64,000 nt of DNA, taken from Octopus bimaculoides (taxonomy: Eukaryota). The notes under the pieces are model-generated. The model worked only from the letters and a program-made list of their open reading frames with translations. It was not told the origin of the DNA and did not search any database. The stretch covers positions 8,867,163-8,931,162 of the forward strand of contig NC_069008.1 in assembly GCF_001194135.2 (NCBI RefSeq). The letters are read 5' to 3'. Position numbers and translations under genes: made by a program. Below, one piece after another: positions 40,101 through 54,373 of the stretch; the first letter of the stretch is position 1, and each line of letters starts with the position of its first letter.

Positions 40101-43100
40101 TGTTTGAGTAAAATGTCTTCAAGATGGTGCTCCAGCATGGCCACAGTCAAATGACTGAAACAAATAAAATATAAAAGATACACGGGACATAGTATTAACA
40201 AAAATAATGAATGCAAGTGTACATGGTATACAGTACTTATATTGGAGTTTAAACCAGGGCTGATAATGATGCAATTCTCCTGAGACAGGATCATTATCAT
40301 CCCCTCTTGGGCAACCAAAGAACTGTTTTTCTTATGGCTTATTTGACTGAGTTGTGTTATTTTGTCCCTTTGCAGTTTAGCAAACCATGTGATGGATGGC
40401 AACGAACACATCCCTGAGCCATGGGTAGTCATTGGCTACTACTGTATGGCCAACAGGAAGGTGGTAAAGGCTGTGCCGAAGGCAGTTTACTTTGCTCAGA
40501 AGGTAAGACTTCTTACAAGGATGAGATGGAGAGAGTTATGTCTACTTTAGGATTGCTGTGCCTTAACTCTTTGGATACCAGCCCATCTGAGATTATCCCT
40601 GATTCTATGATACAAACTTTGTCTTTTAAAGTCATTTAAATTAAAACTTTCCAGAAAAATTACATGTTGATTTATGTTCCAAATACCAGCAAAATTAATG
40701 ATGACAAATTTATTTTACTAAATTCTTCGTTATTTTCGAAACTAATTGAAACAAACTGTATTTTAACAGAAATTTGGTAACAAAAGGGTTGGCCTTAAGG
40801 ACTTTGAGAACTTGCGAATTGCAGTACCGTAGTCATTAGTTGGAGGTGCTGTATTGAGTTTTTAGTTGCTATACTCTATCCATGTGGAGGCGCAATGGCC
40901 CAGTGGACTCGCGGTCATAGGATCGCGGTTTCGATTCCCAGACCGGGCATTGTCAGTGTTCATTGAGCGAAAACACCTAAAGCTCTAAGTGGCTCCGGCA
41001 GGGGATGGTGGCGAACTCTGCTGTACTCTTTCACCACAACTTTCTCTCACTCTTACTTCCTGTTTCTATTGTGCCTGTAATTCAAAGGGTCAGCCTTGTC
41101 ACACTGAATATCCCCGAGAACTACGTTAAGGGTACACGTGTCTGTGGAGTGCTCAGCCACTTGCACGTTAATTTCACGAGCAGGCTGTTCCGTTGNNNNN
41201 NNNNNNNNNNNNNNNNNNNNNNNNNNNNNNNNNNNNNNNNNNNNNNNNNNNNNNNNNNNNNNNNNNNNNNNNNNNNNNNNNNNNNNNNNNNNNNNNNNNN
41301 NNNNNNNNNNNNNNNNNNNNNNNNNNNNNNNNNNNNNNNNNNNNNNNNNNNNNNNNNNNNNNNNNNNNNNNNNNNNNNNNNNNNNNNNNNNNNNNNNNNN
41401 NNNNNNNNNNNNNNNNNNNNNNNNNNNNNNNNNNNNNNNNNNNNNNNNNNNNNNNNNNNNNNNNNNNNNNNNNNNNNNNNNNNNNNNNNNNNNNNNNNNN
41501 NNNNNNNNNNNNNNNNNNNNNNNNNNNNNNNNNNNNNNNNNNNNNNNNNNNNNNNNNNNNNNNNNNNNNNNNNNNNNNNNNNNNNNNNNNNNNNNNNNNN
41601 NNNNNNNNNNNNNNNNNTGTTATTGTTGTTGCTAAGTCAGCAAGCTGACCAAATCATTAGCATTGCCAGACGAAATGCTGAGCAGCTTTTTGTCTGTCTT
41701 TACGTTCTGAGTTCAAATTCCACCAGTGTTGACTTTGCCTTTCATCTTTTTGGGGTTGCTGAAGTAAGCACCACTTGAGCACTGGAGTCGAGATAACCAA
41801 CTTACTCCGCTCCCCTGAAACTACTCTCCTCATACCAGAAATTCAACCCATTATTGTTAAGGTGGCAAGCTGACAGAATCATTAGCATGCTGGGCAAAAT
41901 GCTTCATCATATTTCATCCATATTTATGTTTTGAGTTCAAATTCCACCAGGGTTGACTTTGCCTTTCATCCTTTTTGGGTCAATGAAATAAGTGCCAGTT
42001 GAGCATTGGGGGGTCACCCTGAAATTTCTGGCCTTGTGCCAAAAGTTGAAGCTATTATTATAATTATTATTATTAGTATAATTATTTTTATTATTATTAT
42101 TGTTGTTGTTGCTGATTTTGATATTTTATGTTTATCATCTAGGCATACACTATTGATAACCGAAACATTGAAGCTTTGCTCTTAAAGGGTTTTGCATTGC
42201 TTGAGCTAAAGAAGATGCAAGATGCTGCATCACATTTTAGGGAAGCCATCACGCTGGCCCCATACAGATTTGAAGCGCACAAAGGTAAATTTCAGTCTTC
42301 TCTTTTTCATGAAAGGTCAAGCTGTGTGTGTGTGTGTAAGTTAGTATGTATATGGCTGTTTTTATATACACCTTGATCAGACCTAATTCATATCAAGTGT
42401 ATGTGTGTGTGTGTATAAATATATGTATATATAGGCATAATAAGAAGCTTGCTTCCCAACAACATGATTCTGTGAAACTTAGGCAAGTGTCTTCTACTAT
42501 TATAGCCTTAGGCCAATGAAAACCTTGTGAGTTGATTTGGTAGACGGAAACTGAAAGAAGCCCATCATATATCTATGATTGTGTGTCTGTGTTTGTCCCC
42601 CCCACCCCACCGTCGCTTGACAACCGATACTAGTGTGTTTACATCCCCGTAACTTAGCAGTTCAGCAAAAGAAACCAAAAGAGTAAGTACTAGGCTTACA
42701 AAGAATAAGTCGTAGGGTCGATTTCTTTGACATGGTCATAGTCAGATGGCTGAAACACATAACAGAATATGTGCATGACTAGCATAAAGAAATTTGCTTT
42801 CAGTGTAATCCCACTGTAGAGCATCTGGGACAAGTGTCTTCCACTAAAACCTCTGGTATTTTTATATATGTATGTATGTGTGTATATATATATATATATT
42901 TATATATACATGTTTTATTAGTTTCAGCTCAAAGCTGTGGCCATGCTGGGGCATTGCCTTTTTGCTACACTGTTATTATTGAGAGCCTCCTCTGATATGT
43001 GGTGTTCGGTGAATAAGGGAATTTGATGTCGCTACCCTCATTTGCACCTCCTGCCGTAAGGTAGGTTCATCTGGGACTCTCAACAGGAAAAGGTCCAATT

Positions 43101-46100
43101 TTGATTTGAAAACACCTACACTCACTTTGTTTAGGTCCCTTTAGCTCTTTGGGAGAATATTAAAAAGCTGTGGGACCCTGAAACCCAGGCTGTTGCCGTA
43201 ACTGGTCCTGAAGCGCAATGGCATTGCTGGAATCTTTCCCACTGTGCAGTGATGACCCATTCTGGCCTTTGCATAGCTTTCAATGCCAAAATTTACCACA
43301 GTCCCTTCCAGGATCTTCCAGATGTATATTACTGCATACCTCTCCCGCCTTCGCTCCAAGGAGTAGAGTCTTAGCTGTTTCAGCCTTTCCCAGTAGTTGA
43401 GCTGTTGCAATGAGACGATCTTCTTTGTGAAGCTTTGTTGGATTGCTTCAAGGTCTGCTATTAATTTTTGCACTGTGGGGTGACCATAGCTGGGAGCAGA
43501 AGTCCGGGCAGCTGAGGACGAATGTCTTTCAGAGGACTGTCATGGTTTCCTTATCTCTGGTTCTGAATGTTCTTAGGATCCATCCAGCCAGTCGTCTGCA
43601 CTCTGTCGCCATCCTGGCAATGTGCACTTGGAAAGAGGTATCATCACTCATGTCAATACCCAGGTCCTGCACTGATTTAGGCTCTGGGATTTAAATTCCC
43701 TGTGGATCAGTGTACCCTGTAAGTTTCATATTCAGTTTTGGACGCTGGTAGCACAGGGCTTGGAATTTTTCAGCATTAAACTGCATATTATTATCCTCAG
43801 CCCATCTGTAAATTGAGTCCAACTCCTGCTGCAGGTGTGCAACATCGCTGGGGTTCTGTATTTTCTGCGAGACTTTTGTATCATCTGCATAGCTAGCAAG
43901 GGTGACTATCCAGGCAGTTGAGGGCATATCTGAGAGGGCCACTATGAAAAGCAGTGGTTCCAAGACAATGCCCTGTGGAACTGTTTTCTTTGCGGTGGCT
44001 CTATTGGCCACTACTGCCTGACTTCTATCTTTCAGAAAGTCATGTAACCACTCTCCAAGTTTTCCAGCTATGCCAAGATCACACAGTTTGTGGTATATCA
44101 TACCATGATCCACTTTATCAAAAGCTTTTGCAAAGTGATGGTATATTACGTCCACATTTGAGTTGTTGAGTAACTGCCTCGACACCCAGTCATAATGTTG
44201 TAAGAGCTGGGTCAGGCAGCTCCTACCTGGTCGAAAGCCATGCGGGTATCACTCAGCAAATCGTTTTCTTCAAGGAATGCAATTAGCTTCCCTCTGACTA
44301 TTCATTCTATGACTTTGCTGATGTGTGAAGTCAGAGAAATAAGCCTATAATTTTTGGCATCTGCTCTGCTTCCTCCTTTATGGATTGGGCATATTATTCC
44401 CTCCTTTGGTTTGCTTGGCAGCATACCATTTGCCAGAAAACTCTGGAAGAGAATCTGTAGTGATTTTGCCAGAGCATGCTTACACAATTTGAGGAGGATT
44501 GCTGGGAAACCATCAGGGCCAGCAGTTGAGTTTGCATCCACCTCATCTGTGGCTAATATTATATCATCTTCGCTAATGTAGGACCTTGTTTGGCCCTGCC
44601 GGGATTTGAAACTAAATCCACTCACCTGTTGCTTGCAAAGACAGCAGGAAATTTCTTTGTCCTATCAAGAGTGATTGATGTCTTTCCACTTGATCCGTGA
44701 CCTCGCTGAGGTGGATGTCAACAGAGAAAATATTGACTTCTATAAAGTGGAAAAAACATAAATGGAAGGAAAAAAGTTCATAAATATTTTGATGTAAACG
44801 TGAATAGCTGTTACATGGTAGCAAGGCATGCTAGAAATAGCAGCCAAATCTTTCTTTTCTGGGAAAAGGAGCCGTTTAGGCGTGATTTTGATGTCACATT
44901 CATTGAAAGCATGCAAAATAACCTGGAAAAGAAAAATAGACCCATGAAACAAAACTCCTTTGGTGAGAAACTTCAAGGTCCCCACCACCTCTCCCACCTT
45001 TCTTTTCCGGAAAAAAGTGGCTTTCGGCGGGTTTGAAAGTCAGATACATTGAGTGCGCTCAAAAAAACTGTGGAAAAAAATATTTACCGAAAGAATAAGA
45101 TCTTGTACCAATTATACCTGTATTTTGATTAATTCAAATTAATGTACCTCATCTTGAAAAGTGGCAAAATCTTTGTCGGTTGCCATCTGGGATAATTTTA
45201 GCAACAAATCAAACAGGTAAGATGTATCACGAATTTCAATTTTTTTTGTTCATCCATAATGTTATTGCTTTTACACCTGTTAGTTAAATTTATCTGCCCA
45301 TAAAAGTCATACTCAGCAAGATCAACTAAAATTACATAACTATAAACCAGTGGTATATAAAGCACTCACTGACAAAATTTCAAATTTGTATGTAAAAAAT
45401 TTACAAAGTTACAAGCAAATATTGTGGACACCCCTCTTGAACCTGAATAATTCAAAATAATGTGAACAAATAAGCATTACATTTGACAGGTTGACATGAA
45501 CACAAAGATGTTTTTAAGTGTTTTTTTTTTCTTTCTTACACACTTACATAACACAGACTTGCTCAGTTGGAACTACACATGTGTTACTTTGACATCATCA
45601 TTTCATAAAATTTGTTTATGAGGAGAAAAATATTGGAAAATATCAACAGATGTGTGAGTTAGAAAGGAACAAAGAGGGAAGTTTCGGGATGTATTAGAAA
45701 CAACAGCCAGAGCTCCCTTAAATCACACATTTTCCTCTGAAATTATTATCATTTCTTTATTAAACTGAAAATGTTTCTCTAGTGGGGTTTAAGTGCATAA
45801 TGGGAAAGAAATGGCCAAANNNNNNNNNNAATCCCCATGAGAACGGAGAAATTCCAACTTATGTGGGCCATCTGATCCAAAACTCTGTTTTCCAGAAACT
45901 CCTCTTCCCCCGCCCCCTTTCAAACATTTTGCTTACAGATGTCTTTGTAATCATAATCTATCACCGTTTGAAAGGTATTTATATAAAATTTCATTCAAAA
46001 TACTTATCTTCCAGAAAGTTACGAGGGGTAAATGTCAGGACCTGTGAATTTTCTGAAACACCTTTCCTCAACCCCTTGGAAAGGTTTTTCCAACAAATCT

Positions 46101-48626
46101 TTACATACACTCAATCTACAGGATATAAGCAATTATTTGGTGACAGTTTTGTTAAAAAGTATCCATTTTTCTGGAAGTTATGAGGCAACAAGGTTGGTGG
46201 GGTATTAAACTGTAGTTATGCCTTTTTTCAATAAAAGTTAATGTTAACTTCCATTACATTTTCAAAGAATTAACAGATTAACAAAGTTAACTTTTTGATT
46301 AATAGTGCCTAACTCTGTATGTGTGTGTGTGTGTGTGTATATATATACATACACACACACTCACAGGCACAGGCATAGCTATGTGGTAAAAAGTTTGCTT
46401 CCCAACCACTTGGTTCCAAGTTTAGTCTCACTGCATGGCACCTTGGGCATGTGTCTTCTATAGCCTTGGGCCAACCAAAGCCTTGTTAGTGAATTTGGTA
46501 GATGGAAACTGAAAGAAGCCCATAGTATATATGTGTGTGTTTGTGTTTCTCCCCCTCCACTGCTTGACAACCAGTGTTTGTGTGTTTAGATCCCTGATAC
46601 TTAGCTCTTCAGCAAAAGAGATCAAGAAAATAAGTATCAAGCTGATAAAAAAAAAAGTACTGGGGTTGATTCATTCAAGGCAGTGCCCCAGCATGGTTGG
46701 AACAAGTAGAAGCAACAAAATGTGATATATTATATATGTATGTGTAACTTATCTTTCAGGTTTAATTGACTGTTATATGGCCAGCCACCGACCCAGAGAG
46801 GCGATCAATTTAGCTGGGAAAGCAGTGAGACAGTTGGGTAACAATGCAAGATCTTTGACAGTAAGTCAACACACTTTGTTTTCTTTTGACTAAACTGAAG
46901 GTATTGGGATTATTTTAATTATCACAGTGATGGAAGGGATCTTTCTTTTAATTTTGTATTTACATCTAATCTATTTATAAAATAGATTTACATCTAATCA
47001 TTTATAAAAGCCACATGTTTGGTTGCGCAATAAGAAGTTTGATTCCCAACCATATGGTTCCAGGTTCAGTCCTACTGTGTGGCATCTTGGACAAGTGTCT
47101 TCTACTACAACCTCCTGCTGACCAAAGCCATTAAGTAATTGGTACTTGTTTATACAGCTATCCTCATCCATATCTATCACGTATCCATGCCAGCACAGTC
47201 TTTTTTCTTATACACTACATCTGATTCCTCTTATGCCCAGGCTTTCTCTCATCACATTTCTACTAGGCTGTTCATGCACACTTTCATTGCACATCAAACA
47301 GAGCATTCTCGCATTATTTCTTTCCAGTCTTTTCAAGTCCTTTGTATTCAGGGCTCATGTCTCACTACTCTACAGTATCACAGTTCTTGCCAGCAGTGAT
47401 AGTAGGTCCCGGACTTTTTTGTAACCCATTCTTACTCTGGCTGCTATACTTCCAGAGCAACCATCTCCTAGGTAGCAAAATCTACCGACTGCTAGCAAGC
47501 CATCCTATCGTTTCATAGTACAATACTGCTCCAGTGTATTTATCACATACAAAACTTATCTTCTCTGCTAGTCTGCCTGTGATTCCATTACATGTTTTGT
47601 ATGTTCATAGCTTGCGTTAGATACAGTATATGGAGTCTATATTCACTCCTTTACATATCGTGCAAGGGTATTTCCCTAAAAGTACTAAAACAGGGTTCTG
47701 TTTTCTTTCCTATTTACTAAAACTTACATCATTGCTAAGTTTACTTTAACATCTCTCAATTCCAGGTTTAGCTTCCATGCCCAGAATTTCATATATTCAA
47801 TTTGTTAGAAATATAATTAAAAATATAGTAGAAATACTTAAAATCTGAGCTGGGCTCTATGGCTATTTCTGTGTGCATAGAGTTACCATTGGCTGGTTTG
47901 CAAATGAAATAATATCAAAATTTCAGACATTATCATCATTATTTTAGAATTTGCTTTTCCATGCTGGTATGGGTTGGGTGGAACAGTTTGATATAGTACT
48001 TTATAGCCAGATGGTAGTCCCTTTAGTTACAGCTTATAATAAGCTGGCGTAGCTGTGTGGTAAGAAGTTTACTTCCCAAGCCTTTTGTTTTAGGTTCAGT
48101 CCCACTGGATGGCACCTTGGGCAAATGTCTTCTACTAGAGTCTTCATTATCATCACCATTGTTTGACAATAGCTGGTCAGGTAGAAGCCTGCACCCTGCT
48201 TCTGTGCCCTGGGCCAACCAAAGCCTTGTGAGTATATTTGGTAGATGGAAACCAAAAGAAGCCTATTGTACACGCACACTATATATATATATATATAAAA
48301 AGTGTTTGTATGTGTGTGTGCATATGTTCCTTATGCATTCCAAAACCAAGGTGCCCAATCTGACATATAGGGTTTCAAAAGATTCAGTACTATTTCGGCT
48401 ACCAGCTAATCTTTATTTTCATTGACATATTTGCATTACAAAAATTTAAAATTTAAAATTATAATCTTTTCCATAAGTCAACTATTGTAAACATTTTATA
48501 TGACAACGATGATGACGATGTCACATTTTCTATATGAGTGTGTACTTTAAAAGACATCCATCATCACAACACACACCTTCACTCACTCACTGTATTTCTC
48601 TGTCTCTCTTTCTCTCTTTCGCATAT

Positions 48627-48657
<31 letters not shown>

Positions 48658-51600
48658 CCATTTCATACACACGTACATACATCTTTCACTCTCTGCTCTC
48701 CTCTTTTCGCTTTCTCTTTTCTTTCAATTTCTGCTCTCTTCAAAGCATAAAGAAATAAATTTTTTTGGTATGACCGAGAGAAATGTGCAGAACAGAAAAC
48801 GGCAGAGACAAGAGAGACGAAACAAGTTTTTATAGGAGAAGTTGCAAGATGGATAGCGGGTGAGAGACAGACGCTGATGTTTCATGCCCTATGTATGTTC
48901 CATAGTTGAAAGTGATAAAAGCTGACACAAAGAGAGCGGGAGAGAAGGGGAGAAGGGGACGCTGAGAACCCCAGAACTGAGGTCGTGTTGTACAAATTTT
49001 CAGGTTATTTTCACTTTTGTCCCATGTTTCACGTATGCATAGAATTAGGCATTATCTCTCTCTTTCAATTTCTGATTATAATGTATGGAGACCTCATGCT
49101 GTCAGCAAGTCACATCTTCTACTAATTAATTGGGATTAAGAAAGGTATGCAAAAATAACTTCCTTTGGTGCACACACACACACACACACAGTTACTCCCC
49201 CCATTTCTTTCCTCACTTTACTCACATTCCTATGTTTTCCATACAGGACATTTGCATTTCGCCCCAAAGCAGGTAGCTGATGGGTGGCCAAGGTGGGGGA
49301 AGGGGCATTCAGTATTTCTTTCAGAAAAATTAAACTTTCAAAAACGAATTATATTTCCCACGTTCGTAATCTCTATTTTTCCACGTGGATAACAAACAGA
49401 ATTCGATAAACAGTTAAAAGTTAGGAAACTTCAGTGGGGAGGGGCAAATTATAATTTTGAAAATGTGATTTCTTGGCAAAATCATTATTAACACCTTTGG
49501 TGGAACTGAAGGACAATTTTTAATTTTTAACTTTTTCCGGAAATTTTCTTTTCAATCCACATGGAAAAATACAGAGATTGAGAATATGAAGGGAAAAAAA
49601 CAAATTCTAATTTAAAATATTTTATGAAAATCTCCAAAATTGATCCACACCCCATCCTATTGTCTAAAAGTGAAAAGGAACAACTGTTTTGTCCATTTCT
49701 GCATGTATAGATTTATAGAGAAAGAGCAAAAGGACCACGGCATGTGAAGCCCTCACTATAAAACTCAATATGCTAAAAATAACAGCTAAATGCCTGGAGA
49801 ATTTTTGTGTTTGTGTGCACGTGCGTGCAACAATTTCTACAGCTTATCCGAATGAACAAAGAAAGAAGTACACAAAATATATTTGATATACCTGTCGTAT
49901 ACATCAGTGTTGTTTTTTTTGCTTTAAAGGTAAATGTTTCTAATAGAAGCAATTATTTTGCTGTCAATTCACTGGATTAATCCCAACTAAATACACGTTG
50001 AGTCATTGGCTCAGCACCTATATTTGTGTTCTTTATTCCAAAATAATAAAAACTTTAAAATACTTCCAAAATGGGACTTAATCCATGTGTATCCCACATG
50101 CGTATATGTGCATGTGTGTGTGTGGGGGTGGGGTGTACAAGAAAAACATTTACGGAAATGAACTTGCACCTTGTTACACCTCTGAATTTCTTTTTAATTG
50201 TAATAATGAAACAAGGGGTTTAGTCCTTACTGCCAAAATTAATTTCCCTTGCATTTTCTCTCTTTTTCAATATTCAATTAAAAGAGAAAATATGTTGTTA
50301 CTAACAATGTTAAAACTTTTTTAACTTGATTGAACTTGTCATTGAATCAAGATTTTAATTTCGTTTGATACACACTTTGCTATCATTTATATGGAGAATT
50401 GCAAGCATGGCATATAAAGACAAGTTATTTTAATAGAAATTTTATGACTACATTTCCGTAAATGTTTTTTTGTGCACTCCCACCCCGCACACATGCACAT
50501 ATACACATGTGGATACACATGGATTAAGTCCCATTTTAGAAGTATGTTTTTATTNNNNNNNNNNNNNNNNNNNNNNNNNNNNNNNNNNNNNNNNNNNNNN
50601 NNNNNNNNNNNNNNNNNNNNNNNNNNNNNNNNNNNNNNNNNNNNNNNNNNNNNNNNNNNNNNNNNNNNNNNNNNNNNNNNNNNNNNNNNNNNNNNNNNNN
50701 NNNNNNNNNNNNNNNNNNNNNNNNNNNNNNNNNNNNNNNNNNNNNNNNNNNNNNNNNNNNNNNNNNNNNNNNNNNNNNNNNNNNNNNNNNNNNNNNNNNN
50801 NNNNNNNNNNNNNNNNNNNNNNNNNNNNNNNNNNNNNNNNNNNNNNNNNNNNNNNNNNNNNNNNNNNNNNNNNNNNNNNNNNNNNNNNNNNNNNNNNNNN
50901 NNNNNNNNNNNNNNNNNNNNNNNNNNNNNNNNNNNNNNNNNNNNNNNNNNNNNNNNNNNNNNNNNNNNNNNNNNNNNNNNNNNNNNNNNNNNNNNNNNNN
51001 NNNNNNNNNNNNNNNNNNNNNNNNNNNNNNNNNNNNNNNNNNNNNNNNNNNNNNNNNNNNNNNNNNNNNNNNNNNNNNNNNNNNNNNNNNNNNAGGATGG
51101 GGATAAAAATTTTGAAAGCATGGCTTTTTGCATATTTGGAATCTCTATCATTGAAAACATAAGATTCTGGTCTAAAAAGGGAAAAAAACAAGAGCGAGAT
51201 GAGCGTGGCCGTTGCCAGTACCGCCTGACTGGCCTTCGTGCGGGTGACACGTAAAAGCACCCACTACACTCTCTGAGTGATTGGCGTTAGGAAGGGCATC
51301 CAGCTGTAGAAACTCTGCCAAATCAGATTGGAGCCTGGTGTAGCCATCTGGTTTCACCAGTCCTCAGTCAAATCGTCCAACCCATGCTAGCATGGAAAGC
51401 GGACGTTAAACGACGACGATGATGACGTTTAGGGTGGGGATATCCAACATACAAAAAGACACAAACTGGCCACAGCAAAGTTCAGTCGTAGTAGACAACA
51501 GATGGATTGTCCCATATACTCCTCTATTGCTACGAGTTTTCAAGGTATACATTAACTGGGAATTTTGCAGTTCTGTTCACTCCATCAAGTATGTATGCAA

Positions 51601-54301
51601 ATAGATAAACAAAGGCTCCGATATGGCTGTCTTTGGCCTTTCAGATGCTGATAGGGCCAATGAGGTAGACCAGTATCTAATGGACTGTTATGTAAGCAGT
51701 AATGAAGCCGCTTGGAGACTCCTTCATTTCCCCATTCATGACCGATATCTCACAGTTGTCCACCTCACTGTTCATTTAAAAAATGGCCAAAGAGTTTATT
51801 TTGATCCATTGAATTCCAAAAGAGTTAGGACAAATATATGCACCACAGGCAACGATTCTCACAGCATTCTTTGACCTGTGTGGATGTGATGCATTTGCCG
51901 TGACCATCTTCTACCCAGACATACCAAAGTATTACACCTGGAATAACCATATTAAGAAGTGGAAGAGGAGAAAGCTTGGTGTAACCGTCAAATGGCAGCC
52001 ACACATAAAAAAAAGTAATGCTCCAGGTCGAGTTTATACAGTCCACCCTAAAAACTTTGAATGCTACTGTCTCCGGATGCTCCTCCACAAAGTTGCTGGA
52101 CCAACGTCATTCAAAGACCTTAAAATGATAAACTCCTTGATTTGCGAAGCATTTCAATGAGCCTGCCAACTCAGAGGTCTTCTTAAAGATGATGGTCACT
52201 GGAGTTTAGCTCTTTCTGATGCAGAAGCCACATGCACAGCTTAACAACTAAGAAGATTCTTCGCCATCATGTTATACCATTGTGATTTACCGAATCCACT
52301 ACAACTTTGGGAAAACTACAATGACAGCTTATCTGATGACATCCTTCATGAAGCTTGATGGTTGCATGGGCCAAGTGTCTCCTACTCAGATGTTATATAC
52401 ACCAAATCATTATTGCATTTAGAAGACATGCTTAATTCCATTGGGGCCAAAAGCTTAACCAACTATGGCATTCCAACACCTTCAGCTAAATATCACGGCC
52501 TTTCAAGAGAAGTCATTCGAGAAAGAGCATACAACTTGGATGCCCTGAAAAAGCAACTTGATGAAAGTGAACCATTATTGCAAGCTGAGCAAAGGTCTGT
52601 TTACAATGAAATAGTAGTGTCTACCTTGCAAAGAGAAGGACATCTTTTCTTCATTGATGCACCAGGAGGAAAGGGGAAAACATTTCTAATTAACCTACTT
52701 CTGGCAAAAATAAGGCAGATGGGAAATATAGCGATTGCAGTCACATCATCAGGGATAACAGCAACTTTGTTAATAGGTGGACGAACAGCTCACTCAACGT
52801 TCAAATTACCTTTCAATTTGACTTCAATGGATGCCCAAATATGCAGTATTTCAAAATGATCACTGACAGTGGAAGTTATGCTAACAAACTACACTTATTG
52901 TCTGGGATGAATGCACAGTGGCATACTGTGGTGCACTAGAAGCCCTAGATAGGTCACTGAGAGACATTAGAAACAATACTGCCATTATGGGGTGCTTAAC
53001 TGTTGTCCTTGCAGGGGATTTCCATCAAATATTACCAGTCATACCACAGGGTACGTGAGCTGATGAGATCTATGAATGTCTGAAGTCTTCACTTCTGTGG
53101 AGGTTTGTTCATCAGCTTTCATTAAGCAATAATATGCAAGCTCATCTCTACAACAACCCTTTAGCTGAGGAATTCTCTCATCACCTTTGAATAACACCCT
53201 GCTGCAGCATGGACTGCAATGTGGGCACATGGTGTCTACATTGGCTGAGCTTAAAGAAAAGGTATTCCCCACATTGCAAGACAACTTCAAAAACAGCATG
53301 GTTTGCAGAGAGGGCTATTTTAGCACTTCAGAAAGAAAGCGTTGATAAAGTAAACCATGAACTCCTCCACATTCTAACTGGAGATGTTTCAACATTTGTC
53401 TCCATTGCTACTGATAACGAACATGCCGCTGTGGAGAATCCAGTTGAATTTCTCAACTCTCTACAACCCACAGGACTGCCACCACATACGTTGTTCCTAA
53501 AGAAAGGTGCATCTATCATGCACTTGAGGAATTTGGAACCATCATGACTTTGCAATGGTACAAGATTGATTATAACTACAATGACAAGTCATGTCCTAGA
53601 AGCAACCATTATTGCTGGTTGCCATGAAGGAGAGATTGCATACATTCCATGCATGCCCCTTATTCCCTCAAATATGCCATTTCATTTCAAGCGCCTCCAG
53701 TTTCCAGTGCAATTGTGCTTTGCTATGATGATCAACAAAGTTCAGGGTCAAACTTTAAAAATGGTGGGCCTCAATTTACATCTACGCTGCTTTTTTTCAT
53801 GGACAACTGTATGTCGCATGCTCTTGAGTTAGCAATGCAGATGACTTGTATATTTATTCTACCAACACTGGGCTTACACAAAACATAGTTTACCCAGAAG
53901 CATTGTCGGTTTCACTTAACATATGCTGAAGTATGCAGTCTGCCCAAACATTACAGATTTGGTGCTTTTCACAATGAAGCAGCTTTCTTTCCATGTACCT
54001 TACTTTCTGCAATACAAATACCTCTACGTCCTCATATGTCATCCAATTCTTTAAATCCGTAAGTCTAGGTCATTTTGGGGGCAATTTTAAGATTTTATTC
54101 TAATCTAAGCTGCTATTCTACATGTTTTTGGTGACAACAATTTCAGCATTGTTCATCACAAAATGACTGAAAAACATGTTTATAAAAAAAGAGTTGTTTG
54201 CTTCACGCACCTCGTGTGCCAATTCTACCCATAAAAAAGAAACAAATAATACAATGTGGCTATAGGTTATAACACCAGGGCAACGCCAGGATGCATTGCT
54301 A

Positions 54302-54373
<72 letters not shown>

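Noticed and set aside
15850-49700. Similar-looking AT-rich segments at ~15850-16200, ~45790-46190 and ~49400-49700
   Set aside because: Probably non-autonomous DNA-transposon or Helitron remnants, but I could not define termini or a family, so they are not called.
52362-53832. Host PIF1 helicase gene
   Set aside because: Intronless, multiply frameshifted, preceded by Helitron Rep motifs and followed by a Helitron 3' end.
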